Below are positions 55,171 through 64,000 of a stretch of 64,000 bases of DNA, in pieces. Source of the DNA: an uncultured Gemmatimonadales bacterium. Its GTDB lineage: Bacteria > Gemmatimonadota > Gemmatimonadetes > Gemmatimonadales > GWC2-71-9. The stretch lies in the NCBI GenBank assembly GCA_963771275.1, contig CAVYSW010000010.1, positions 256,001 to 320,000 of the forward strand, read 5' to 3'. Positions within the stretch are counted from its first letter, which is position 1. Each line of letters begins with the position of its first letter. The notes below the pieces were generated by a model that saw nothing but the letters and a program-made list of their open reading frames with translations, ran no database searches and was not told the DNA's origin. Both the position numbers and the translations under genes were made by a program.

Positions 55171-56131
55171 CGACGAGCTGGCGCGTCTGCACCTCGATCC
55201 CGAGGAGAAGCGGGCGGCGGGCGGCCGCCGCATCCTGCTGGCCGTCCCGGCGGCACTGCTCGTCGTGGGAGGGGTGCTGGCCGCCCTCCTGCTGCTGCGC
55301 CACCCTCCCGGCGCCGCGGCGGCCGGCGCCACCGACTCAACGGAGCTGAGCGCGTTGGTGCGGGCGGTGGGGCAGGGGCCGGGTGCCGCCGGCGAGAAGG
55401 TGATCGCCGCGGGCGGGTACGTGGAGGCACGGCGCCGCGCGTCGCTCTACCCCGGGCGCGACGGCATCGTGGCCCGCGTGCACGTGACGCTCGGCCAGCG
55501 CGTGCGGGCGGGGACCCTGCTGCTCGAGCTGGATACGTTGCTCGCTACCGCCCAGGCGCAGGCGGCGCGGGCCGATGCCGAGGCTGCCCGGGCCGACCTC
55601 GAGGACGCGCGCCGCAGCCTGGGACGGACCGAGACGTTGAGCACGAGCGGGTCGGTGACGCAGGACGAGGTGGACAAGGCCCGCTACCGCGTGCAGAGCC
55701 TCACGGCGCAGCTCGACGCGCTCGAGGCCCGCCGGCGCCTGGCGGAAGGGCAGCTCGCCCTGTCCTTCCTGCGGGCGCCGTTCGAGGGGGTCATCGTGCG
55801 GGTGGATCTCGAGCCTGGCGAGGTGGTGAGCCTGTTCGGGGTGCAGAGCGGCGTGGGCGCCATCGAGATCGCCGACCTGTCGGAGATCTGGGTGCGGATC
55901 GACGTCCCCGAGGACCGGATCGGCAGCGTGACGCTCGGGGCGCCCGCCGAGGTCGCCGTCGACGCGCTCGGGCCGGAGCCGCTCCAGGCGGCCGTCGTGG
56001 AGATCGCGCCGGTGGCGGACCGGCAGTCGAACACGGTGAAAGTGGCCGTGCGGGTGCTCGACCCGCCGGCGGTGCTGCGTCCGGACATGAGCGCGCGGGT
56101 CACGATCCGCCCGAAGGGGGAGCCAGAGTGA
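55163..56131 (+). CDS. Periplasmic adaptor (MacA/HlyD-like membrane fusion protein)
   Basis: N-terminal TM, GQRVRAGTLL, helical hairpin, RAPFEGVI, LRPDMSARV. Confidence 0.88.
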   Translation: MGNDELARLHLDPEEKRAAGGRRILLAVPAALLVVGGVLAALLLLRHPPGAAAAGATDSTELSALVRAVGQGPGAAGEKVIAAGGYVEARRRASLYPGRDGIVARVHVTLGQRVRAGTLLLELDTLLATAQAQAARADAEAARADLEDARRSLGRTETLSTSGSVTQDEVDKARYRVQSLTAQLDALEARRRLAEGQLALSFLRAPFEGVIVRVDLEPGEVVSLFGVQSGVGAIEIADLSEIWVRIDVPEDRIGSVTLGAPAEVAVDALGPEPLQAAVVEIAPVADRQSNTVKVAVRVLDPPAVLRPDMSARVTIRPKGEPE

Positions 56132-56847
56132 GCGAGCGGCCGATCGTCGAGGCGCGCGGCCTCGTCAAGACGTATCGCAAGGGCGCGGCGGTGATCCGTC
56201 CGGTGAACGGGATCGATCTCGACGTCATGCCGGGCGAGTTTCTGGCCCTGATGGGGCCGAGCGGCTCGGGAAAGTCCACGCTGCTGCACCTGATCGGCGG
56301 GCTCGACCGGCCCGACGCGGGCCGCATTCGCGTGGGCGACGCCGAGCTGGGCGCGCTGGACGAGCAGAAGCTGTGCGCGTTCCGGGCGTCGCACGTGGGC
56401 TTCGTGTTCCAGGTCTACAACCTCGTGCCGGTGCTCACCGCGCGCGAGAACGTCGAGCTGCCGCTCAGGCTGCTGGCCGTGTCGAAGGCACGCCGCCGCC
56501 GCCAGGTGGACAGCGCGCTCGCCGTGGTCAACATGTCGGACCGGGCCAATCACCTTCCGTCCGAGCTCTCGGGCGGGGAAGAGCAGCGGGTCGCGATCGC
56601 GCGCGCGCTGGTGACCGATCCCCAGATCATCATCGCCGACGAGCCGACGGGCGACCTCGACGAGGAGTCGGGCCGGCAGGTCGTGGACATCCTGGCGGCC
56701 CTTGCGGCCGAGCACCAGAAGACCGTGATCATGGTGACGCACAATCCCGACGCGGCGGAGCGCGCGGATCGCATCCTCTACCTGCATCGCGGGCGGCTGG
56801 TGGACCGCAACCCGCGTGAGCGCAGGGCGGAGGAGCCGGCCCTGTGA
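56128..56847 (+). CDS. ABC ATPase (LolD/MacB-type)
   Basis: GPSGSGKST, GFVFQVYNL, LSGGEEQRVAIARA, ADEPTGDLD. Confidence 0.93.
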   Translation: MSERPIVEARGLVKTYRKGAAVIRPVNGIDLDVMPGEFLALMGPSGSGKSTLLHLIGGLDRPDAGRIRVGDAELGALDEQKLCAFRASHVGFVFQVYNLVPVLTARENVELPLRLLAVSKARRRRQVDSALAVVNMSDRANHLPSELSGGEEQRVAIARALVTDPQIIIADEPTGDLDEESGRQVVDILAALAAEHQKTVIMVTHNPDAAERADRILYLHRGRLVDRNPRERRAEEPAL

Positions 56848-57974
56848 TCCTGCGGATGCTGCCGCTCGTGTGGCGCAACGTGTGGCGCAACCGGCGCCGC
56901 TCGGTGCTGACGCTGCTCGGCGTGGGCGTCGCGGTGTTCGTGCTCGCGGCGCTCGAGTCCGCGGTGGAAGGCATGACGTTCCCGATTCGCGAGGTGGGGA
57001 AGCAGGAGCTGCTCACGGTGCGCGAGGCCGCCCGCGCCAACGTGCTGGCGAGCCGCCTGCCCGCGACATACGAGGATCGGGTGGCGGCCGTGCCGGGCGT
57101 GCGCGCGGCCTCGGGCGTGCTCTCCGGGCTCGCCGTGGTCGGCGCCGACCGGGTGCACATCTTCGTGCGCGGCGTCGATCCCCTGCGCTATCGCGACGTC
57201 CAGCATCTCGTGCTCGATCCGGCGGCGTGGAGCGCGTTCCAGGCCGACCCGCGCGCGACCCTCGTGGGGCACCGCCTGCTCAAGCGCATGGGGTGGCAGG
57301 TCGGCGACGAGGTGGAGGTCGAGGCGCTGCGGCTCCGCGTGCGGATCGTCGGCGTGATCCCGGCGCAGGGAGTGGATCTCGAGAGCCACATGCTGGTGCG
57401 CCGGAGCTACCTCCAGGTGACGAGCGGCGCGGACGGGCAGATCAGCTTCGTCCTGGTGTCGCCGGTGGACGGGGCGCGCGCGACGGACGTGGCGGCCGCG
57501 ATCGACACGGCGCTGGCGCTGGCCTCGGTGCCGACCGCGACGACGTCGGCGGGGGCGTACGCGCAGGCGGTGATCGACGACTTCATGGGGTTCATCGAGT
57601 ACCTCAAGGTGATGGGCGCGATCACAATCCTGATCACGCTGCTCGGCGCGGCCAACGCCATCGCGATGAGCGTGCGTGAGCGGACGCGGGAGATCGGCGT
57701 GCTCAAGGCCCTGGGGTTCCGGCCCGGCCTCGTGCTCGCGCTGGTGCTCGGCGAGTCGCTGGCCCTCTCGATCATGGGCGGGGCGCTCGGCCTCGGCGGC
57801 GCAGCCCTCGCCATCGGCAGTCAGGCGGCGCGCCTGGCGGGTCTGATGCTGTCCGCCCCGACGGTGCTCATGGCGGTGGGAGCGTCGCTGCTGGTCGGTC
57901 TGGCGGGCGGGCTGCTCCCGGCGCTCGCCGCGGCGAACGTTCGCACGATCGAAGCCCTGCGCGGCATCGGGTAA
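56844..57974 (+). CDS. MacB/FtsX-like ABC permease
   Basis: RNVWRNRRRSVLT, SVRERTREIGVLKALGF. Confidence 0.9.
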   Translation: MILRMLPLVWRNVWRNRRRSVLTLLGVGVAVFVLAALESAVEGMTFPIREVGKQELLTVREAARANVLASRLPATYEDRVAAVPGVRAASGVLSGLAVVGADRVHIFVRGVDPLRYRDVQHLVLDPAAWSAFQADPRATLVGHRLLKRMGWQVGDEVEVEALRLRVRIVGVIPAQGVDLESHMLVRRSYLQVTSGADGQISFVLVSPVDGARATDVAAAIDTALALASVPTATTSAGAYAQAVIDDFMGFIEYLKVMGAITILITLLGAANAIAMSVRERTREIGVLKALGFRPGLVLALVLGESLALSIMGGALGLGGAALAIGSQAARLAGLMLSAPTVLMAVGASLLVGLAGGLLPALAAANVRTIEALRGIG

Positions 57975-57984
57975 CGAGGTCGCC

Positions 57985-59109
57985 ATGGTACCTCTGCGCT
58001 ACACGTTCCGCAGCGTCGGGCAGCGCAAGACCCGCACGGCCATGACCGTGCTCGGGGTGGCGCTCGCCGTCGCGATTTACGCGGTGATGAGCGCAGTGGG
58101 CAGCACGATGGTGCGGAGCTTCCGCACCACCGGGGCGCCGGACGAGGTGGTGATCGCCCAGACCGGCGCCCTCACCACCGAGTTCTCCAACGTCCCGCGC
58201 GGATCGCTGGCGTACGTCCAGACCCTCGATGGCGTCGCGACGCGCGACGGGCGGCCGCTGGTGTCTCCGGAGCTGTGGCTGCAGTGCATTCTCCAGTCCG
58301 ACGGCAGCGGCCGCGACGTTTCCGTCCGGGGCGTCACGGGCATCGCGCCCCTGGTCTATCGCCAGGTGCGGCTTGCCGCAGGGCGCTGGCCGGGCACGGG
58401 GCACGAGGCCACGATGGGCCGCTCGGTGGCGGACCGGCTCGGGCTCGCCGTGGGGGACAGCACCCGGTTCGAGGGGGTCACCTGGACCGTCGTCGGCCTG
58501 CTCGACGCCGGCGGGCGCGTGTACGACCAGGAGATCTGGGTCGATCTCGACGAGCTGGCCGCCGCCGCGAACCGGCTGACCTACTCGAGCTACACGGTCG
58601 TGGCCAGGGACACGGCCGCCATTCCCTCACTGATCGAGGCCGTGAACGAGGGGCGACGCTACCCGATGGCCGCGCAGACGGCGGCCGCGTCCTACGCGCG
58701 CACCGGCGGCATGGAAGTGTTCATGGCGTACCTCGGCACGTTCATCGCGATCATCGTCGCCATCGGGGCGGGGTTCGCGGGGATGAACACGATGTACGCC
58801 GCCGTCGCGGGCCGGCGGCGCGAGATCGGCGTGCTGCGGGCGCTGGGGTTCGCTCGCACGGCGATTCTGACGTCGTTCCTGCTCGAGTCGCTGATGCTGT
58901 GCCTGCTGGGCGGCGCGATCGGCCTGGCGCTCGGGTTTGGTCTATCCATGGTTCGCGTCGACCTGCCGCTCCTGCCGTCGAGCCACGTCGCGCTCGGCGC
59001 GCAGCAAGTGGTGCGGTCCATCGCGCTGGCGCTGGGTGTGGGGGTGCTGGGCGGCGGGCTGCCCGCGCTCCGGGCTGCCCGCCTCGCCGTGGTGGACGCG
59101 CTGCGGTAG
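57985..59109 (+). CDS. MacB/FtsX-like ABC permease (second)
   Basis: RKTRTAMT, NTMYAAVAGRRREIGVLRALGF. Confidence 0.9.
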   Translation: MVPLRYTFRSVGQRKTRTAMTVLGVALAVAIYAVMSAVGSTMVRSFRTTGAPDEVVIAQTGALTTEFSNVPRGSLAYVQTLDGVATRDGRPLVSPELWLQCILQSDGSGRDVSVRGVTGIAPLVYRQVRLAAGRWPGTGHEATMGRSVADRLGLAVGDSTRFEGVTWTVVGLLDAGGRVYDQEIWVDLDELAAAANRLTYSSYTVVARDTAAIPSLIEAVNEGRRYPMAAQTAAASYARTGGMEVFMAYLGTFIAIIVAIGAGFAGMNTMYAAVAGRRREIGVLRALGFARTAILTSFLLESLMLCLLGGAIGLALGFGLSMVRVDLPLLPSSHVALGAQQVVRSIALALGVGVLGGGLPALRAARLAVVDALR

Positions 59110-59142
59110 CCTCTCTCACTCTGAACCTGCTGGGTCGTGATC

Positions 59143-59235
59143 ACCGCAGAGCACGCGGAGATCGCAGAGGTGCACTGAGGTGAACGGCGGTGGTGCACCT
59201 CACCAACCCTCTGCGTTCTCTGCGTACTCCGCGGT
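59143..59235. repeat. REP-like inverted repeat built from CGC(A/G)GAGNN 9-mers
   Basis: 28-bp arms 59143-59170 and 59208-59235 match at 24/28; inner IR GAGGTGCAC/GTGCACCTC. Confidence 0.85.
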
Positions 59236-59345
59236 AGCCGTGCCGTCCTCTCGCTGTACTCGACTGCCGGTGGCACCGGTCCTTGGCGGCGGCGTATACT
59301 TGAGCAGTTCCCAGCATACCGCCGCTCCCTCAGCAGGAGACGTCC

Positions 59346-62255
59346 GTGTCGAACGAGCGTGCCAAGGCCGAGCCGGCCGATCCCAGCCCAGTCGAGCATC
59401 CTGCCGTCACGCGGCGCGACTTTCTGCTCCGCGCCGGTCAGGTCGGCGGCGCCGTGCTCGTCGCGTCACCGGGCCTGCGCCGGGCGCTGGCCGCCGCGCC
59501 TCCGGCGGATCCCGCCACGGCCGCGCTCGGCGAGGCGTTCCCGGCGAGCGGGGCGCCCTACCCGGCCAGTCTCTACTCGGGTCTCCGCTGGCGCCTGCTC
59601 GGTCCGTTCCGCGGTGGGCGGGTCGATGCCGTGAGCGGCGTGCCGGGTCGGCCCAACGAGTTCTACTTCGGGTCGGTGAACGGCGGCGTGTGGAAGTCAA
59701 TCGACGCCGGCCGCGTCTGGAAGCCGGTGTTCGACGGGCAGCCGGTGGCGTCGATCGGCGCGCTCGCGGTCGCGCCATCCGCGCCGGACGTGATCTACGT
59801 GGGGAGCGGGGAGTCGACGCTGCGTGACTCCGTCGGGTACGGCGACGGCATGTACAAGTCGAGCGACGGGGGTCAGACCTGGGCGCACATCGGCCTCGCG
59901 GACACGCAGCACGTCGGCAAGATCGCCGTGCATCCGCGGAACCCGGACATCGTGTTCGTCGCCGCCATCGGGCATCTCTACGCGTCGAACCCGGAGCGCG
60001 GCCTGTTCCGCACGGCGGACGGCGGCAAGACGTGGCGCGAGGTTCTGGGCAGCGACGACCTCGGTGCCGTCGAGGTCGTAATCGACCCGACCGATCCGCA
60101 GGTGGTCTACGCCGGTCTGTGGAATGCGCGCCGCCCCCCCTGGTTCACGTACGCGCCGACCAACGGCCCGGGCGGCGGCATCTTCAAGTCGACCGATGGC
60201 GGCGCCACCTGGAAGCAGCTCACGACGGGCCTGCCGCCCGAGGGCATCGGCCGGACCGGCATCGCCGTGAGCCCGAGCCATCCACAGCGCGTGTACGCCG
60301 TCGTCGATTGCCTCGTGCCCGAGCCCGGCGCACCGCCCCCGCCGGCGGCGCCCGCCGGCGGGTTCGGCCGGGACGCCACGCCGCGGCAGGGCGGGCTGTT
60401 CCGCTCGGACGACGGGGGCGCCACGTGGAGCAGGGTCGCGTCCGACCAGGCGCTCTGGGGACGCGGCTGGTACTTCGAGCACGTCGCCGTGGATCCGCAG
60501 AACCCCGACCGGATCTATGTCTCGAACGTCTCGATCTCCCGCTCGGAGGACGGCGGCACGACGTGGGTGCCGCTCCGCGGCTCGCCCGGGGGCGACGACT
60601 ACAATGACATGTGGATTTCCGCGGTGGACCCAGACACCATGATCGTGGCGAGCGATCAGGGCTGCATCATCACGCGGAACGCCCGGACCGCCGATCCGCG
60701 CGACGTGACGTGGAGCTCGTGGTACAACCAGCCGACCGCCCAGCTCTACCATGTGTCGGTGGATCCGCGCTTCCCGTACTGGGTGACGGGCGCGCAGCAG
60801 GACAGCGGCGCGGTGGCGGTGCGTTCGCGCGGCAAGTTCGCCGAGATCTCGATGCGTGACTGGGAGCCGATCGGGGCGGGTGGCGAGAGCGGGTACACGG
60901 CGGGCGACCCGCTGCATCCAGGTATCCTGTATGGTGGCAGCGGCAGCCGCTACGATCTCGCGGCCAATCGCGCGGTTCCGGGCACCACGACCCCGCAGGG
61001 TCCCGAGCCGGAGCGCTCCGACTGGACGCAGCCGCTCGTGCTGTCGCGCGCCGATCCGCGCGCGCTGTACTACGCCAGCCAGTTCCTGTTCAAGTCCACC
61101 GACAGCGCGCGCTCGTGGACGCAGCTCAGTCCCGACTTGACGCGGCCCGATCCCGGCGTGCCGGCCAACCTCGACGCCGCGGCGGCGGCGCTGACGGACC
61201 GCAACGGCAAGCGCGGCGTGATCTACACCATCGCGCCGTCACCGCTGCTCGTCCCGATGGTCTGGGTGGGCACCGACGACGGCCTGATCCACGTCACCGT
61301 CAACGACGGCAAGACGTGGCAGAACGTGACGCCACCGGCGCTCACCGCGTGGAGCCGGGTGACGATGATCGAGGCCTCGCACTTCGACGTCGACACGGCC
61401 TACGCCAGCGTCGATCGCCATCAGTTGCAGGACTTCGAGCCCTACCTCTACCGCACGCGCGACCGGGGGAAGACCTGGCAGAAGATCGCCGCCGGCCTGC
61501 CGGCCGGGGTGTACGTGCACACGGTGAAGGAGGATCCCGCGCGGCGGGGGCTGCTGTTCGCCGGCACCGAGCGCGGGGCGTTCGTGTCGTTCGACGACGG
61601 CGACCATTGGCAGACGCTGCAGCTCAACCTGCCGGTGACGTCGATGCGGGACTTCGAGGTCTACGGCAACGACGTGATCGTGGCGACGCACGGCCGCGGA
61701 TTCTGGGTGATCGACGATATCAGCCCGCTGCGGCAGGTCGCCGACGCGGTGGCGCAGGCGGACGCGTTTCTCTTCCAGCCCGCCGACGCGATCCTGGTCG
61801 ACCAGGGGCGCGACAACGGGACGCCGTTCCAGAAGGACGAGCCACAGGCGGAGAACCCGGCGGACGGCGCGTACATCGATTACTACCTGAAGGCCGATGC
61901 GACGGGGCCGGTGACGCTGGAGATTCTCGCTGCGGGTGGCACGAGCCTCCAGTCGTTCACGACTCAGCGCCTGGGCGAACCCGCCGCCGGCGCCCCCGCC
62001 GGCAGGGCCGCGGGAATCCCCAACACGTCCGCGCTGTGGCGGCCGCCGCCGGAGCCGTTCTCGGGTGCCGCCGGCATGCACCGGGTGGCGTGGAGTCCCA
62101 ACGCCGGGCGCGGCCGCGGATTCGGGGGGCGCGGCGGGCCGCAGCGCCCGCCGGTCGCGCTCCCCGGCACGTTCACGGTGAAGCTCACCGTCGGCGGAGA
62201 GAGTTACACGCGGACCTTCACGGTGCAGCCCGATCCGCGAGGAAGCGAGGGGTAG
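59346..62255 (+). CDS. Tat-exported VPS10/sortilin-like (BNR/Asp-box) beta-propeller protein, putative glycosyl hydrolase
   Basis: TRRDFL twin-arginine signal; WRLLGPFRGGR; many SxDGGxTW repeats; ATHGRGFW. Confidence 0.88.
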   Translation: MSNERAKAEPADPSPVEHPAVTRRDFLLRAGQVGGAVLVASPGLRRALAAAPPADPATAALGEAFPASGAPYPASLYSGLRWRLLGPFRGGRVDAVSGVPGRPNEFYFGSVNGGVWKSIDAGRVWKPVFDGQPVASIGALAVAPSAPDVIYVGSGESTLRDSVGYGDGMYKSSDGGQTWAHIGLADTQHVGKIAVHPRNPDIVFVAAIGHLYASNPERGLFRTADGGKTWREVLGSDDLGAVEVVIDPTDPQVVYAGLWNARRPPWFTYAPTNGPGGGIFKSTDGGATWKQLTTGLPPEGIGRTGIAVSPSHPQRVYAVVDCLVPEPGAPPPPAAPAGGFGRDATPRQGGLFRSDDGGATWSRVASDQALWGRGWYFEHVAVDPQNPDRIYVSNVSISRSEDGGTTWVPLRGSPGGDDYNDMWISAVDPDTMIVASDQGCIITRNARTADPRDVTWSSWYNQPTAQLYHVSVDPRFPYWVTGAQQDSGAVAVRSRGKFAEISMRDWEPIGAGGESGYTAGDPLHPGILYGGSGSRYDLAANRAVPGTTTPQGPEPERSDWTQPLVLSRADPRALYYASQFLFKSTDSARSWTQLSPDLTRPDPGVPANLDAAAAALTDRNGKRGVIYTIAPSPLLVPMVWVGTDDGLIHVTVNDGKTWQNVTPPALTAWSRVTMIEASHFDVDTAYASVDRHQLQDFEPYLYRTRDRGKTWQKIAAGLPAGVYVHTVKEDPARRGLLFAGTERGAFVSFDDGDHWQTLQLNLPVTSMRDFEVYGNDVIVATHGRGFWVIDDISPLRQVADAVAQADAFLFQPADAILVDQGRDNGTPFQKDEPQAENPADGAYIDYYLKADATGPVTLEILAAGGTSLQSFTTQRLGEPAAGAPAGRAAGIPNTSALWRPPPEPFSGAAGMHRVAWSPNAGRGRGFGGRGGPQRPPVALPGTFTVKLTVGGESYTRTFTVQPDPRGSEG

Positions 62256-62282
62256 CGGGGCGCCCGGGCGGGGCCTCGACCC

Positions 62283-63533
62283 TCAGGGTTCCCGGACGAT
62301 CACGCCGCCTTGCACGACGAGGCGAACCTGGCGCAGCGCGGCGATGTCGCGCGTCGGGTCGCCCTCCACGGCGATCAGGTCGGCCAGCAATCCCGGCCGG
62401 ACCGACCCGCGGCTCTGCTCGAGGCCGAGGATCTTCGCGTTGCCGGACGTCGCGGCGATCACGGCGTCCAGCGTGGGCAGGCCCCACCGCACCATGATCT
62501 CGAGCTCTCGCACGTTCTCGCCGTGCGGGAACACGCCGACGTCGCCCCCGAAGCAGATCGGCACGTGGGCCGCGAGCGCGGCCTGGAATGAAGCCCGCTT
62601 CTGGACGACCCGGATGGGCTCGGGGTCGACGCCCGGCTTCCAGCCGGCATAGCGCGCCACGGCATCGGTGGCGGCGACGGTGGGGCAGAGTGCCACGCCG
62701 CGCTGCGCCATCAGCTGGAACACCTCCGGCGTGCCGCCGTCGCCGTGCTCGATCGTCTTCACGCCGGCGAGCGTGGCCCGCCGCATGCCCTCCGCAGTCG
62801 CCGCGTGGGCGGACACGAAGCGCCCGCTGCTCGCCGCCACGCTCACGATCAGGTTCAGCTCGTCCTGGGTGAAGGTCGGCTCGGCCTCGCCGTTCGGCCC
62901 CCAGCGATAGTCAGCGTAGACCTTGATCCAGTCGGCGCCGCGGCCGGCCTGGTCGCGCACCACGCGGGTGAGCTCGTCCACGCCGTTCGCCGGCTCGCCG
63001 CCCAAGGGGAGCGACCACTCGGGCGCCCCTTTCGGGCCGTAGCTCCCGGTCGCGACGATGGCCCGGGTCGCCACGAGGAGGCGCGGGCCGGGGATGATGC
63101 CCTGGTCGATCGCCAGCTTGAGCCCGACGTCGGCGTAGCCTGCGCCCTCGGTGCCCAGGTCTCGCTCGGTGGTCACCCCCGCGAAGAGGGTGGCGCGCGC
63201 GGCGACGGTCGCACGGGCCACACGGAGCGCGAGCGGCTCGAACAGAACCTGATCGGTCCACGGCGTCTCGTCGTAGGGGTGAAGCAGCACGTGCGAGTGG
63301 CCCTCGATGAGCCCGGGGAGCAGGGTCATGCCCGGCAGCTCGAGCACCCGCGCGCCGGCCGGGCGCGCCTGGCCCACCGGGCCCACAGCCGCGATGCGCT
63401 CACCGTTCACCACCACTTCCCATCCGGCGTGTGTCGTACTGCCGTCGAAGACGCGGGCGGGGCGCAGGACGAGCGCGGTCTGCGCGCTCGCCGCAGAGGC
63501 GTACAGCAGCAGGCACAACGGAGCTGATCGCAT
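62283..63533 (-). CDS. Secreted metal-dependent amidohydrolase (Xaa-Pro dipeptidase-like)
   Basis: Signal peptide; LPGLIEGHSH, GVTTERDLG, GADWIK, SAHA, IEHG, G.LADLIAVEGDP. Confidence 0.9.
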   Translation of the reverse strand: MRSAPLCLLLYASAASAQTALVLRPARVFDGSTTHAGWEVVVNGERIAAVGPVGQARPAGARVLELPGMTLLPGLIEGHSHVLLHPYDETPWTDQVLFEPLALRVARATVAARATLFAGVTTERDLGTEGAGYADVGLKLAIDQGIIPGPRLLVATRAIVATGSYGPKGAPEWSLPLGGEPANGVDELTRVVRDQAGRGADWIKVYADYRWGPNGEAEPTFTQDELNLIVSVAASSGRFVSAHAATAEGMRRATLAGVKTIEHGDGGTPEVFQLMAQRGVALCPTVAATDAVARYAGWKPGVDPEPIRVVQKRASFQAALAAHVPICFGGDVGVFPHGENVRELEIMVRWGLPTLDAVIAATSGNAKILGLEQSRGSVRPGLLADLIAVEGDPTRDIAALRQVRLVVQGGVIVREP

Positions 63534-63677
63534 GGGGCTCACCGGTGTTGGGGCGCAACCCGTGCTGGGCGCGCCGGTCGAGGGAGAGCGCAGGGAACCC
63601 GGCGCCTCAAGTTACGCATCGGGCCGGCCGAGGGGAGCGTCGCCGGTCGGCCCGCGAAACGGCCAGGCGCTCACCAC

Positions 63678-63706
63678 TGGCATCAGACCCGAAAGGCGAG
63701 TATTAT
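63678..63706 (+). promoter_or_regulatory. Possible sigma70 promoter TGGCAT-N17-TATTAT
   Basis: Spacing and -10 match upstream of the kinase gene. Confidence 0.4.
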
Positions 63707-63887
63707 CATCGACTTAGGCCACCCAGCTCCACCGCTGGCCAGATTCGCAGTCCTCGTCAATCGCGCGTGCCCGAGCACCGCCCGCAGGGTGGTGCGGTCA
63801 CGCTTTTGTGGACCCTGGAACGGGGCCGCCACCTGGCACGGCTGAAAGGGATCAAGCGCGCTTGCCCGTCGTGACCGTGTCAGCCTG

Positions 63888-64000
63888 ATGATGGACCACC
63901 CGGGAAGACCCGTGCCCGCGGCAGCGGAGGCACTCGCCACGGCCCTCGCCGATTGCTACGTGGTCGAGCGGGAGCTGGGCCAGGGCGGGATGGCGACCGT
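63888..64000 (+). CDS. Hanks-type Ser/Thr protein kinase, N-terminus (3' partial; not in the ORF track)
   Basis: Manual translation MMDHPGRPVPAAAEALATALADCYVVERELGQGGMAT: glycine-rich loop GxGGM. Confidence 0.8.
   Translation, partial: MMDHPGRPVPAAAEALATALADCYVVERELGQGGMAT

Noticed and set aside
63700..63716. TATTATCATCGAC resembling the PadR operator
   Set aside because: Only a partial match, not palindromic; better explained as a -10 element
42851..64000. tRNA-anchored genomic island or prophage
   Set aside because: No integrase, att duplication, transposase or phage genes seen; the region lies on the tRNA 5' side

Overview
GC-rich (roughly 70%+) bacterial chromosome segment. Gene content and style (HPrK-PTS next to rib/nusB, VPS10/BNR proteins, a 'LADxYxxERELGxGGMATV' Ser/Thr kinase start) suggest Gemmatimonadota; this is inference, not a search result. 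About 1-35 kb is a mostly + strand, tightly coupled core region: comEC end, fbp, methylmalonyl-CoA mutase alpha, ddaH (minus strand), 2x FmdB, argS, pfkB, purM, ribDE-BA-H, nusB, GT4, hpf, hprK, mannose-class PTS IIA-D, ptsH, ptsI, metK, ahcY, DUF151, a cobalamin riboswitch with btuFCDB, recO, selB, a stand-alone FlgD/T9SS-tail-like protein, clpB and tadA. About 35-43 kb is a stress-type block ending at tRNA-Ser(GGA): ppk1, an ECF sigma/anti-sigma/mini-secretin lipoprotein operon, ferritin, an APC-USP permease and a CmpX-like protein. About 43-64 kb is accessory: OmpA, lipoproteins, an orphan SbcD-like nuclease, an ankyrin protein, an ABC exporter, a cysteine desulfurase-like enzyme, a lower-GC orphan ORF, a PadR-MacAB-like operon, a Tat-exported VPS10 protein, an amidohydrolase and a kinase start. 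No CRISPR array, integrase or transposase was seen. The best candidates for something undescribed are the ECF-controlled mini-secretin operon, the orphan ORF at 53.7 kb, the SbcC-less nuclease/ankyrin locus, and a set of intergenic inverted short-tandem-repeat elements.
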